Assembly (NCBI GenBank): GCA_008632985.1
Contig: QPGO01000109.1
Location: 186,001 to 250,000, forward strand
Direction: 5' to 3'
Source: Psammoneis japonica
Taxonomy: Eukaryota
DNA: 64,000 nt
Both the position numbers and the translations under genes were made by a program. Shown here in pieces: positions 36,343 to 48,813 of this stretch (the stretch's first letter is position 1; each line of letters starts with the position of its first letter). The notes beneath the pieces were generated by a model that was not told where the DNA came from, searched no databases, and saw only the letters and a program-made list of their open reading frames with translations.

Positions 36343-37248
36343 ATGTCTACTACCACTCCTTACAGTAGCGAAGGCTTTGACGTGGACGCTATAGCCGAAT
36401 CTGGTAATTCAAGTGACGAAGTAGTACTTGAACTGGGAGGAGGAGCGACCGTGATTCCCAATAAGCGGGAACCAGAGAAGCTTCAGGAGCAAGAGGAGGA
36501 CCCGGCGATTGCTGCGTCTCAAGAGCATAAGGCCCGGGGAAACGACTGGTTTAAGCGAGGCAATTACTTGGAAGCCTACGATTGTTACACGGACGCTGTC
36601 GAGGCGTGTCCTGGTCCTTACACAGGCAAGGCTTTGTTGGAGCTCAGAGACGCCCATGATGAGAAGGAACGACTGAAAGCAAACGAAGAGTTTCGAAAGC
36701 GAGATGATTTACGTCGACGAGAAACTCAGGAGCAGGAAAAGAAGGATACGGATGGAACTGATTCCAACACCAATGGCGATAGCGAGACGCGGCCCAAACC
36801 AAAGCCTTTTGAGGCGCCTTCCCATCCATACGCCAAGGAGCTTTCGGTTTATCACTGCAATCGGGCTGCTTGTTGTATGCATTTACAGCGTCTGGAAGAA
36901 GCCCTTAAAGACTGTGACGTGGCCTTGTTGCTGCAACCAACTTATATCAAGGCCTTACTTCGCCGTTGCTCTGTCTACGAACAATTGGAAAAGTATGACG
37001 ATGCACTCGAGGATGCCCTGACGATCAAAAAGCTAGATTCGTCTAAACTCAACAAATCCACCATTCCCCGTTTGGAACGACTGCGCAAGGAACAGCTCGA
37101 GAAACTCAAGGAGGAAACAATTGGACAGCTCAAGGATCTTGGCAATTCTATTCTGGGCAACTTTGGACTCTCCTTGGATAACTTTTCTGCGGTTCAAGAT
37201 CCCAACACCGGATCCTACAGTATATCGTTCAATCAAAATGGCAAATAG
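36343..37248 (+). CDS. TTC1: Tetratricopeptide repeat protein 1-like (TTC1)
   Basis: KARGNDWFKRGNYLEA, HCNRAAC, PTYIKALLRR TPRs; family C-terminus LKDLGNSILGNFGLSLDNF...DPNTGSYSISF. Confidence 0.88.
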   Translation: MSTTTPYSSEGFDVDAIAESGNSSDEVVLELGGGATVIPNKREPEKLQEQEEDPAIAASQEHKARGNDWFKRGNYLEAYDCYTDAVEACPGPYTGKALLELRDAHDEKERLKANEEFRKRDDLRRRETQEQEKKDTDGTDSNTNGDSETRPKPKPFEAPSHPYAKELSVYHCNRAACCMHLQRLEEALKDCDVALLLQPTYIKALLRRCSVYEQLEKYDDALEDALTIKKLDSSKLNKSTIPRLERLRKEQLEKLKEETIGQLKDLGNSILGNFGLSLDNFSAVQDPNTGSYSISFNQNGK

Positions 37249-39237
37249 AGGCGGTACTTGAGTCGAAACTTATATTTTTTAGTCTAGGTATTTCCTTGGA
37301 TTAGATAGAGAGCATGAATGTCAAAGTAGTGGATTATAGAGAGAGTCTCTTGTATGATTCGTGCAAGTAGCTATTTTGCAACAAAAATACAAACGCGGTC
37401 TCTTTCTCCACAATACTACATCACTCTAGCTAGAACGGGTCACTATTTCTGGAACGTTCTTTATGAGACTAAGAATCACTACTAAAGCGGAGCACTTGAA
37501 TCTTACACTTCTTGGACAAGTATTAGAATGTTGATTGTCGTGTAATCGGAGGATCACATCATGTCGTTGGTTGCAGCACCGGAATGCACTAATTCTTTCC
37601 ATTCTTTTGAAATGTTCATCGATTCTTCCTTGATCTGTAGTGCCATTTTGATTGGCATCTCCCTTCCTAAATTGCATCGGTTGCTCCGACCATTCTTCGT
37701 CCGCTTTGGAAGGGAGGACCAAACCGGTGAACCGATCCGCGATCTCGTGATGAGTCATTCGGACAAATCACGAGACTGTCGCAAGACAATATGACTATTC
37801 ATGACTATTCGTACCCGAGTATTATTCATATCAGAAACGAGAATTCCAGGACGAGGCAAGCCACAATATCCAAGATTTACTCATCACTTTTAACTTTTCC
37901 CTTCTTCTTGTTTTCAAGAGGAGATCGATGGAGTTTTCTTTCCTTGTTTTCCCTTCATTCCCTTTACAATCTTCTGGATCGACCTTTTCGCGCAGATGCA
38001 GCAGAGTCACGTACAGGTACCGGACTTGCTGTGTGCGTCCAGTTGAGAACTCATTCTCTCTTGTTTCCATCAACGATCTCAATGCCTCGTTGCGAACTTT
38101 GAACCCCACAGTGACCGAGTTGCTTCGATTCAAACTCGTAAAAGTGCAAACCAATGAACGATCCAACCCAATATACATTTCCAATCAAGGGCAGGTGTGT
38201 TTTGCGCGCAAGACACACTTGTATTTGGCGATGACCACGGTTGTAGACTATGTATGTTGCTTCCAATTCTTCTGAAAATAACTTTTCACGAAAGTCACCA
38301 CTTGGGGATATTACCAAGCACGAGGTTCGTCGTGCTGCCCAATCACGACGCTGCCGCACCTCCGTGTTTGCAATCACGATTGGCGCTGCCACAGAATAGC
38401 ACCTTGCGAAAATGGAACTGGTGGAACGGCGAGTATGAAACAGTGTAGTCCTACAACAACTCGGTCCGCATAACAATATGCGTGTCCGTAAGCTGGCAAG
38501 TCAACGGGCTATGAATGAAATTGATGAGCAAATGGTAAATGATGCTTCAATCGGTAGCGGCACGGCCCTTTATGAGTGGGCCTGTGTCCAGAAAGCTAAC
38601 GGAACAACTTCCTCTACACGATGAAGAAGTTGCAGAAGCAGCTGGTGCTTCAAACTACAGTCAACAACAAAAAGGGCCATACTAGACATAAACAAGAGTT
38701 ATGACTGGAGAGGATATAAGAGGAGTCTCCAGAATGCAGCTGTGGCTTAGAACTGAACTAGGTATAGAAGTATGATGGATAATACATCTTTTCCTTTCTC
38801 ATATATCCTCTGCTTCTTGTAACCTCTTTATGTTACGCACAATATCTGGCATGTATTCTTTTCTTGCATCGCCGCTTTCTAGCTATAATCGCTGACCCGA
38901 GTGTTCTTACAGGTTGGCCGGGAAAGATATATTTCGCCATCAAGTCGGAGATTCCTATGGTACAGTACTTCAAAAGGCAGATGACAATACCGGTACGAGA
39001 ACAAGAATGCAAGCAACCGGATCTACCGTATATCATCACAGCAGGCCTGTTAATCTTCATGAGGCAACTATAATCTGATAGTAACAGCGCCTTCACGTAG
39101 TAAGCAGTTCTTTGAAGCTGGTAAAAGTAGTAATAGGTCTGCATAATTATTATTTTTTACGCTAAGGCGCCGAAAACAGTCGGCACGTGTGGATACTATG
39201 TTGACATATAGAGTGGGCTGAATCCTCCGTAGAGCCT

Positions 39238-40302
39238 TCATTTCTTCCCTTTAAGGTATGCTAATTCGGCCTCAAGTTCTTGAATCTTGAGATCCTTTGG
39301 GCATGGCTTTCGGCGGGGCGACATGGCCATGGCCTTGGACGCGTCTTCCATCATCTCTTTTGCGTTGTCACGGCCAAAAAGCTCTGCTGCTACTTCAGAG
39401 GTGTCATCCAAGCCAAAAACGTCAATAATCTCTGGTAAAGAGAAGCCCAAGTAAACGGAAAAGCGGATCTTGAGTCCCTTCGTCTTGCTCATGTAGAAAT
39501 TGCAATTTTCGCACACTTTGTTGGCGTCAATGCCGTTGTTCTTGAGATCATACATGCGGGCAATCACTGTGGTTGGTGGCATCATCTTAATCTCCAAAAC
39601 GCTCTTTACTCCTACGTGGTCTTGAAGCTCCTCATCTGACATGTTAGCGCATGCCTTGGCGTGCGGGGGTAAAGTCGCGTACCCACGAAGAGTCTCGGAA
39701 TATAGCTCCGACTTGGTACGGTTCTTGATTGAGGAAGAAGCCTCTTCACGTGCCTTGACTTCATGGCGTTCCCAATTGCTCTGCTCCACCACTGCCTGAT
39801 TGTATCCTGCCTGAAACTCGGTTCGTCTTACTACAACAGCGGTCTCCCATTCATCCCACTTAGCGCGGATACGATTGACATTCTCCTTACAGGCGTTGTT
39901 GTAACCCTGTGCGAAATCTTCAGCCTTCTTACAGAATTCGTACCTCGCGGTGTTTTGCTTGATGTTGTCGTCAAGCCGAGGCTGGTAGGTCGAGTCAAGC
40001 TTGTCAAGTGTCACCACGTCGGCTTCGTGGATGCCCCAAATGTCGCAAGGGATTTCATCCTCCTCGAGGACGGCAAGGACCTTCTTGGAGGCGCTGTCAA
40101 GACAGTTAACATCTGGACGCTGACCAGCCGCCACATGCCCGGTGATAGGGGTGAGAATCACCCGATCTACGCGACGGCGTTTCGCAGAAGAATGGGACGG
40201 CGAGCGATGGGGCGTGCGGAACGGTGGTGAGGAAGTCGTCAAAGGCGATGGAGCTGCAGCCCTCCGAATAGAAGTGGGTATCGCAGGGCCGGGGGTAAAC
40301 AT
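39238..40302 (-). CDS. Hypothetical protein (~350 aa, coiled-coil centre)
   Basis: Long ORF with normal composition; probable upstream intron ~40313-40394. No family recognised. Confidence 0.55.
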   Translation of the reverse strand: MFTPGPAIPTSIRRAAAPSPLTTSSPPFRTPHRSPSHSSAKRRRVDRVILTPITGHVAAGQRPDVNCLDSASKKVLAVLEEDEIPCDIWGIHEADVVTLDKLDSTYQPRLDDNIKQNTARYEFCKKAEDFAQGYNNACKENVNRIRAKWDEWETAVVVRRTEFQAGYNQAVVEQSNWERHEVKAREEASSSIKNRTKSELYSETLRGYATLPPHAKACANMSDEELQDHVGVKSVLEIKMMPPTTVIARMYDLKNNGIDANKVCENCNFYMSKTKGLKIRFSVYLGFSLPEIIDVFGLDDTSEVAAELFGRDNAKEMMEDASKAMAMSPRRKPCPKDLKIQELEAELAYLKGKK

Positions 40303-40808
40303 CGTGAATGCTAACAAGAACAAGAACGCGGTGATATGTGAGAGCGATGCTTCAGCAGCAAGTATGATATCTTAGAACGAGACAAGAGACTTACCGTTTG
40401 CTTGTCCTCTTACAAAATGCAGCGAAAACAAAAAGTGATAGCTTCACCGCAACCCGATTTCGTCACGTGAAAAGCTGTCCTCTGTACCAACCGTACTGAT
40501 TTCAACGTGGACTGTGTTTCAAAAAATGAGTTTCAAAATTTTTCGAATTTGAAAAAGAACGTCAGTCGGAGTTTCGCTGCACGCGCCACGCGCATGCACC
40601 GACCTCTTGGTGGACACCAAAGAGGTTCGACCATGCTTCGAGACTTGAACAGATTGAAGGTGCTACCTGTCATGGTGTCATTGACGAAGAAGAGGGTATG
40701 GATATTGCATTGGGCATCGTGTCGTGGATCTCATGCATCATTTTTGGGATACTGCTGAACGCTCCCGCTGAATTGAATACCGCCGCCGCATACAGACAGT
40801 TCTCTTCT

Positions 40809-41143
40809 TTTAACGGCGTTCGTACAAATTTAACGCACGGCTAACCGTCTAGTATATCTCCACGGGATGCTACGAAAGGATATGTCTTTTTTCGTTCCGC
40901 AAACGGCTTATTAACAGTATTCGTGACGAAGTTACAGGTAATGAGTCATGACGTCATAATTTAACGGCGTTCGTTGTATTGTTTAGGAGTTTAACGCACG
41001 GCCTAACATAACCGCTCCGTTTTAACGCACGGCTTCAGCTTTTCGAAAATATTTTAATGATCGCTTAGAATATGTAGATAGCATTTCAAAACGGTTAGCC
41101 GTGCGTTAAAACGGAGAGGGTATGTTAGGCCGTACGTTAAAAC
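40809..41143. repeat. Cluster of TTAACG(CAC)GGC motifs with a ~45-bp inverted repeat
   Basis: 40990-41034 is the near-perfect reverse complement of 41097-41142; further motif copies at 40809, 40829 and 40961. Confidence 0.8.
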
Positions 41144-41919
41144 AGGCTGGGAATGATATTCTGGGCGTTATATTATTTAAGGATAGTAAACGGCTTGTTA
41201 AATGGAGGCGTAGACCAACTATGTAGAGGCGGGTTGCACAATGGCGAGAACGACCCGCAGCTTATCGTGTGGCCTTCTCGTCGGGCTTGTACGAAAGGAC
41301 AGAGAACCCGCACTTTTACTGTATTTGTGCTGAGCGAGGGTTCCTGCTACAAGTATTGCACTCTCTCAGGGCCTATTAGAGAACTCCACCATACAGTGGA
41401 GAGTAGCTCTACTGTAGTAGAGGAAAGAAAGTGGGATGTGAGAGACCGTGCAAGGTGCATTCTATAGTAGAAGACGCTACATGTGTAAAAACTGCCTGTC
41501 CTCTTCACATTGCAAACTACTGCTGCTTTGTACAGGATGTTTTGAATGACAAGAATAAGAAGGAACTACAGCATCCGGAACATTCTACTCGCTACAATAA
41601 GATGCAAAGTTAGCTCTATACTTCTGTTGTGTTCACGCAATGGATCATGCTCAATTCTTGCTGCTCCCTTTATCCCTTTTTCGTTAAGCACCGCATGCCT
41701 CATTGACAATGAAGTATGAACAAGCTGCAGGAAGAGCGACTGCTGAACGGACAGCCGAACAAAGCAGTAGAATTGCATGCGAAGACTGAAACATCAGCGA
41801 CGAAGCTTCGAAAGAAAGCCCCGTGCAAGCTTACCGCGCGTTCTTGCTTCTACAAGGGCTTGGCGGCTTGGCGGGGTCTCAATTTGCCGTCATGACTTCT
41901 CGTATGCCTCGTCCCCACT

Positions 41920-43507
41920 CTAGTTTGTTTCTTCCTCTTCATTCACTGGGGCATCAAACAATGTAGTAACGGATGCCCTTGATGGTCTCGTCAAGTTTCG
42001 AACCGCCCCAATGGTTTGATGCGACTCAATGTTGGTTGGAACATGCAGGTTTGTTTTTTCACTGACTGCTCCGTCAATTTCAACCGTAACCTGTTTGGGT
42101 GCTTCAATCGTTTCATCAAAGATTGGATCGACACATGGATTAGACTGTTGGTGGGGAATACACAATAGATAAATGGTTATAAGTAAGAGAAAAGAAACGA
42201 TACAATGTAATCCACCATGATCATGTCTCGCATATCGCTACGAGTCATCTCACCTCTCCACCTCGACCTGTTGTTTCCAGAAATCGAAATTTGGAAATCA
42301 CCATGCGATGGCCACACAAGGTTGCAGTCGCCTCTCGACAAAGTCGATGCACCTTGGTGAGCTCGACATCGTGCAAACTCAAACACTCTAGTGGAATTCG
42401 ACAGAGCGTCGTATGAATGAATCCATCGCCAGAACCCAACCCGGGAGTCTTGGCTTCAATCGTGTGCTGCCGTTGACTGAGACCTCGAGCAGGTGGCGGT
42501 GTCTCTCCGAGACGAAAGGTGGCAGTAGCACTGGTGTGCTCTTCCATCTTTTTATGACCATACGTCAGCGGCTGCAGCCGACTATCGTGTGATTCGGTAG
42601 TGAAACAACGAACAATTTCCTAGAACGTGTGTAAACAATCAAACAAAATAAGCGTGAGTACGAGATTCATCGGCATTGATTTAAAACCACACTTGTGTGC
42701 AAATGTACGTACTTCTCTCAATCGAACAATCGGATCAATGGAATCTCCGTGCCGATCGTAAATAATTGTCCCATCCTCATTGGTTCGATGGCCAACACAT
42801 CGCCAGAGAGCTACAAGCGTCTTGCCACCCAACAAGACAATTCGTTCCAATTCAATCTGAAAGGCGTAATGAAATTCCAAATAGAGCGTTTGACGAAATC
42901 GAGCAGCCAATTCCTGGGACAATTCCTGATTTTCCTTGGGCGGCAGTCGAATTGTATGCCACCACCAGGGAACAGCTACGGTAACATGCATGTCTGTACT
43001 CGGGATCATGTTTAATTCGGGTATCCAAGCACCCCGTGTGTGCATGTCACTCGAATGCTGCAAGGGTGACAATATCAAGTCACGAGCCTTCGTCAAGAGA
43101 GCACACGTTGTCGAGTCGCACATGCAAATGACAGTGCGATGGCTTTTGGTACCCTCATTGGCATAACTCAAGATGCGTCCCAATTCCTCGTTTCTCTTTT
43201 TCAAGAGCAAACCATAATTCCCAACTCCCAAAACGAGTTCTTGTACATGAGCTTCGCGAGCCTTTTCATAATACGACACGGTCCTCTTTTTGTTTGCCTC
43301 TTCTACTGTACTCTGTGGATCCAGCGTAAGACTCTTAAAGTGGCTCAGAACAGAATGCAGCGCTTCGCCTCCGTGATCGTGTTCTTCTTCCGCTTGCCAT
43401 TGCGATCGGCGTTTCCGATAAAATCCATATGCGATATAGACTGCAAGGCTACAAAAAGCAGTAACTGAAGCGGCTGTAAAGGCAACAGGCTTGTGGCTGA
43501 TCGTCAT
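41920..43507 (-). CDS. Three-exon protein with N-terminal membrane anchor and two HxT motifs (2H phosphoesterase-like)
   Basis: Introns ~42620-42712 and ~42149-42253 (GT-AG) join the ORFs 42620..43507, 42245..42547 and 41920..42165; motifs DMHVTVA and FIHTTL. Confidence 0.65.
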
Positions 43508-43938
43508 GGTGAGAGCGCTGCGGGGGAGCTGAGCAGAATGAATGCGAGGCGTGCGAGAGGTGCGTCAATGCAGTGCCCAACAGAGAATGGGAATGTGTGC
43601 TATTTTTCTCCGATTTTGCGCTTGGTGAGAAACGACGAAGCTGGATGGAGCACAAGTCTGTCTTTTATTTTGACTAATCAAATGATAAGTAGAAATAAAG
43701 GATAATGTAACTTTACTCCGTACAGTATAGAGTCCTCCTATGCAAAATATAGTTACGTACTCCTAGAGTAAAAAAGAGGCATCGACCAGGCGTGTCAATG
43801 GGTCTGTTTGCGCGCAGGGCTCTGGATTATTCTCTATAGAAGAGCCCTTTTCTGTAATGTGTATATTGAATGTAAACATGTAGCAACCGATAAGCTCATA
43901 GAGCGACTTGCTCTGGTCAGATGTAGAAAGAAATGTAG

Positions 43939-45939
43939 CTACGGGCGAAAGTGTGGAGAATCATACCAATAAGGCACGGGCTTGACCTCTGGAGTTCCCT
44001 CCTTTTCAGGAAACTCGTACGGAGTCGTCTTGGACGCATCCTTGCAAAAGGCTTCAATCTTTTGTTTAGGATCACACTGGTCCATGGCATTCTTGAGATC
44101 ATCATTGCAATTCCACATTTGAATGGTAATGCCGTCTTGGTCGGCCATTTCAATCAAGCGATTCACAAGTTCCTCCACTCCGGTAAATTCCACAGTCGTG
44201 ACGTGCTGCATATCCAGCACAATGCTTTCCGTATTTTTGATTTTGCGCTCTTGAATACGGTGCATCAAATCGTCAATGACAAACATGGAATTGAAATTGA
44301 TGGGTCCCTCCAACTGCCACGCGGTAGTTGTGGCATCCATTTTTTCCTTGTGAAAGGAAAGGTGCTCTTCCTCGCCGGGTTGAAAGTATCCCACTTGATC
44401 ATCTACCGTCCTCTTGAGTGGTACTTGAATCTCTTCATGCTGGAGTTTCCCATAATCAATATTGAGCGCCAAGGCTGAGAGACACCCAATACCAATACCT
44501 TCCGCCAGTCCAAATGAAATCATACCGGCAAACGTTGCTAAAAACGGAAGCGTATCCATTTCATCCACGGCGTGACAATGTTTGAATTCTTGAGGATTCA
44601 GCATACCCACTCCGGTCGTAATGAGCATACCCGACAAGGCCGGCATGGGAATCATGGCAATGCTATCACTCATAAAGACGACACTGCTAAAGACAAAACC
44701 CGCCTGCACCAGAGCCGGAAGTCGTGTTTCGGCATTTAATCGAACATTGAGACTGGACCGAGCAATGACGGACGTGACGGGCATACCCATAAAGACGGCC
44801 GAACCCATATTGGCCAATCCCTGTCCAATCAATTCTTGATCTGGATTGTGCTTGTAGGACGTTTTTTTCATTTTCTCCAGAGCCGCACACGACAAGAGTG
44901 ATTCGGCACTGGTCATGGCATAAATCAAAAAGACAGTAGCCGACAGGGACGGCAACGACTCGAGGGACGGTACCATGGGCATGCCAAACTGAAAGGCTTC
45001 GAGTCCACTCGGGATGGCACCAATCATGGCCACATCCAGTCCCAGTGTATGGGTAGCCACCGTGGCACCACCCACCGCCAATAAAGCCGATGGCATTTTC
45101 GGGTGAATCTTGGGGAGCAAAAACATGGCGGCCGACGTTCCGACCGCAAGCGCTGCCGCCGAAGGATTCATGGCGGATAAATTCTCGCCAATAAAGGATA
45201 TCGTCTCGATTGGATTCAACCCGGCAGGAGCCGTCATGCCGAGTGCTTTTGGAACTTGTCCCGATAAAATCATGGTCCCGACTCCCGTCGTAAAGCCCGC
45301 AATGACCGATACAGGTACCAACTTGGCCAAGACACCGAGTCGCGTCACTCCGGATGCGAGTTGGAGACCACCACAGGCCAATGTAATGAACGGGAGCGCT
45401 TCCAATCCATGTTCTGTCACGGCTCCCACAACGAGTAGACTAATCGCAGCGGCGGGTCCCGTGACGGCCAGAGTCGTACCACCCATGAGTCCCCCGGCCA
45501 CACCCGACACGGCTGCCGTCACGAGTCCCACCTCGGCCGGAACACCACTGGCCACGGCAATGGCGAGCGACAATGGAACCGCGACACAACCCACGGTCAA
45601 TCCCGCAGACACGTCGGTAAGGAGCGTGTCTTTTTGAAACATGTTTTTCCATTCTGGTGCCAGAGACTTGATTCCAAAATCCATAATCCAAGACTTTTTC
45701 GTTTTATTGGCATCAATGTCTGATTTTTCTTTTTCTTCTTCGTCTTGTTCCGATACAGCAGAGGTAGACTTGAGCATGATGCTCCCTACTAGATGATTAT
45801 CAAACGTAGGAAAGCTTGAAGCAGCAGGAAAGTAGCTGCTGCTGCTGCTCACCTTGAAGAATCGACTGCTGCGATGTGCTAATACTCGAGATGAAATCAT
45901 TCTCTGACCCTGGCGGTGTAATAGGAATGCCGTCCTCAT
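43939..45939 (-). CDS. SulP/SLC26 anion transporter with STAS domain and Arg/Ser-rich presequence
   Basis: DVSAGLTVGCVAVPLSLAIA, GPAAA, VIAGFTTG, ESLLS, QELIGQGLAN, IARS; STAS LEGPINF...IVLDMQHVTTVEFTG. Confidence 0.92.
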   Translation of the reverse strand: MRTAFLLHRQGQRMISSRVLAHRSSRFFKVSSSSSYFPAASSFPTFDNHLVGSIMLKSTSAVSEQDEEEKEKSDIDANKTKKSWIMDFGIKSLAPEWKNMFQKDTLLTDVSAGLTVGCVAVPLSLAIAVASGVPAEVGLVTAAVSGVAGGLMGGTTLAVTGPAAAISLLVVGAVTEHGLEALPFITLACGGLQLASGVTRLGVLAKLVPVSVIAGFTTGVGTMILSGQVPKALGMTAPAGLNPIETISFIGENLSAMNPSAAALAVGTSAAMFLLPKIHPKMPSALLAVGGATVATHTLGLDVAMIGAIPSGLEAFQFGMPMVPSLESLPSLSATVFLIYAMTSAESLLSCAALEKMKKTSYKHNPDQELIGQGLANMGSAVFMGMPVTSVIARSSLNVRLNAETRLPALVQAGFVFSSVVFMSDSIAMIPMPALSGMLITTGVGMLNPQEFKHCHAVDEMDTLPFLATFAGMISFGLAEGIGIGCLSALALNIDYGKLQHEEIQVPLKRTVDDQVGYFQPGEEEHLSFHKEKMDATTTAWQLEGPINFNSMFVIDDLMHRIQERKIKNTESIVLDMQHVTTVEFTGVEELVNRLIEMADQDGITIQMWNCNDDLKNAMDQCDPKQKIEAFCKDASKTTPYEFPEKEGTPEVKPVPYWYDSPHFRP

Positions 45940-47158
45940 TATTTTTGCTGTATTTTCGATTCGATGCTCTTTACTGAACAAATACAAAAACAGAGGGATT
46001 ATTGTAGCTGGTGTGACTGATTATTTGTTGTGAGCGACCGTATGCAATACAATCAGCTCTATCGAGCAATCGCTGTTGACTTTGATGTGCACAAATGAGA
46101 ATACTGATGATGTGATACGCCAAAGACACCAACAAAAAATGGATTCAACGACAGCTGGTGTCGGCCCATGAGCCAATAACAAATTGATTGGAAGTTGTTG
46201 AGTGGTGCCGGAACTGACCACGTCATGCGATGGCTGTCAACTTTGATTGCCAGTAGATCCTACGTGATTTTCATACTGCATCAAAACTTCCCTCCGATGC
46301 AACGGAAGATTTTGAAATTTGACTTCAACCATGTAACCGACAGGCGTATGTAGAAGAAGTACTGAATTGAACAGTGCCGTAGAAAGCTGTGCAATTTCGG
46401 TGTACAAAAACTTCAATTGAGAAATATTGCCCCTACTTGACGGAAATTGAAAACAGGTCATCGTGACATCATGCTATCTCTTGCCGGCCGGCGCGTGTCG
46501 GAGGGACTTTTGCGATTTTTCAAAAAAAGATATGGTCTGCACGTCTATCCACCGCATCACTTGGTGTTCACGGCCCGCCCACGGACGATTCTCGATCCTG
46601 TTGACACCCGACAAAGCCAGCTGTGGTCATTTAGGCTGATTTTAGATAGAGGAACTGTCTCGGACAAGACACTTGGCTCTGAAAAAGATTCATGGGCAAT
46701 AAATATTCCCGAGTTTGCGGGCATCTCGAACAATCAAAAATCTCTTGGTCGAGTTCAAAACAATTTGGATATATAACAAAATTTGAATCTGACTAAGTAA
46801 CCATTATTAAAAGGCTCGTTTAGGGGAAGACAGTGAAAATGTCTAGCGAGAGTCCTACATATAAGGGATGGCTTAACAATAACTGTTCGATTATATAGGA
46901 TAGTCACGAGAAGTGACCAATAGTATGTCTTTTCCACGGAAAATCCAATATTACAAAAACAATTATGAAGACAAATGGCAGCTCACATACCACAAAAATA
47001 TCTGTAAACGGCGTACGGCGTTCTCTCGTGTCAACATCACTTCAGAATCATCTTTTTGTGTAGTCTACACTCTTCTCACTTTTCTTGCGCATCAAGATTC
47101 ATCAAAGAGTCACGCACGCAAGAAAAAAAAACAAGATTTCAACAGGCAAATCATCAAG

Positions 47159-48512
47159 ATGAAGTTCTCTATTGTGAGTACCTTGTTCCTTGCTGTGGCT
47201 GCCCATGGCCACGAGCAAGACGACAGGCAGCTGGACGGTGTGTATCCGACTGGAGCTTGTTGCAACCCCGACAAGCGCGAGTGTAAAGATGGTGTCATTC
47301 AGAAGGATTGTACGTACGGATCCTGGTTGGGTGCGGGCACTACGTGTGCCGCGAACTGCGTCTTTCCACCTCCGCCGACGCCAACTGTTCCGCAGCCCTT
47401 TCCGGCTCCCACCCCGGCTCCGACCCCACCTCCGACTCCTACGCTCAACTTTGTTCCCGGAGCTTGTTGCTACAGTAGGCTTCCGTGTGCCGTATCGCCC
47501 AAAACGTTGTGTGACAACACCGGAGGAGACTGGAAAGGCGGCGCTACTAACTGTCAGATGCCTGGCATCTGCCCTACCGAGTTTGAACCCACTCCGGCTC
47601 CCCAGACGAACCTCCGTCGGATTCGGGATTCGGAGCCTGTTGCTACGCCGCGACTCAAGTAAGTTATTTTCTACACGAGAACATTTTGTTTGCATCTGTT
47701 TTTCTATCGTGTCCGCTCAAACTTACCATATTTTCTCTTTTATTATCCTTGTCATTGTAGACTTGTACCTTGAGTCCAAAGAGCACTTGCGATGACACGA
47801 ATGGCAAATTCGTTGGTTTTGGAAGCAACTGCCGTGGCGATGCTTGTGGTTTCCCTCCAGCCCCGACTCCTCCACCCCCGACTCCTGGAAAGACTCCGAC
47901 GCCTCCGACTGGAACGCCTCCGACTGGAACGCCTCCGACTCCAGGTGGGGGAACACCTCCCAGCGTGGTGCCTCCCGGTGAACGAGGTAAATACCGTCTC
48001 TTCGCATTCGTTGTGCCTGTCTGAACGAATCTTGTTTTCTGACCCTTGATAACTATCTTTCATCATTTTGCAGGTGCGTGCTGCTTCACTTCTGGAAAGA
48101 AGGAATGTCTGATCCTAAGGCCCGGAGTTTGCCGCAGAAAGGGCGGACATTTCGTTGGCCCTGGCACTTACTGTGGTCCTCGTAACACCTGCCCAACCGG
48201 TCCGAAACCACCCATCAAGCCTCCGATCAAGCCGCCAACTACTGTAGTAAAGATTGGATCTTGTTGCTTTAAGAAGGAGGGCAAATGCCTCAATCTCAAG
48301 AGGGAGCTTGCTGGCGTCTGGGAGGTCACTTTGCCGGCAAAGGTATTCTTTGTAGCCCGAGGACTTGCCCTGAAGCTTTTGAGCGTGGAGCCTGCTGCTT
48401 CCCTGGCGGTAAGTGCAAGGTTCTACCCAAGTCCAGGTGCCACAAGAAGGGAGGGAAGTTCGAGGGCGGCGCTTGCTACCCAAAGAAGTGCCCCAAGAAG
48501 CCTTACTATTAG
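47159..48512 (+). CDS. Second secreted GACC-module protein (paralog of 33182-35395), 3 exons, two apparent 1-bp frameshifts
   Basis: Signal MKFSIVSTLFLAVAAHG; introns 47659-47760 and 47987-48073; C-terminal GACCFPGGKCKV...KGGKFEGGACYPKKCP matches the paralog. Confidence 0.75.
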
Positions 48513-48813
48513 TTGCGTCGAGACTGCCGGAGACTTTGCCGAGCTCCTCTTTAGGATACCGTGTATGCATATTGCAGTTTCGAAGCCTACAGCCTTGCAT
48601 TTTTCTCGTGGTGTGACCAATCATGGGAAAAGGTTGTGGCTTTTGTATGAAAATGCATATCATTGTTTAAGATTAGGATATTTGTTTTAGCTTGAAAAGC
48701 TTCCGTCTTTTGCTATCTGCACAAGTGAGTACCGGTAGTTCTTTTCAACAAGTTGCTCTTTGGTCCGCCGGTTGCGTGCGCACTCGTGACATGAGGCCGA
48801 CGCGATATACCGA

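Noticed and set aside
37400..39150. Gene or TE in short ORFs
   Set aside because: No consistent frame, motif or terminal repeat could be identified.
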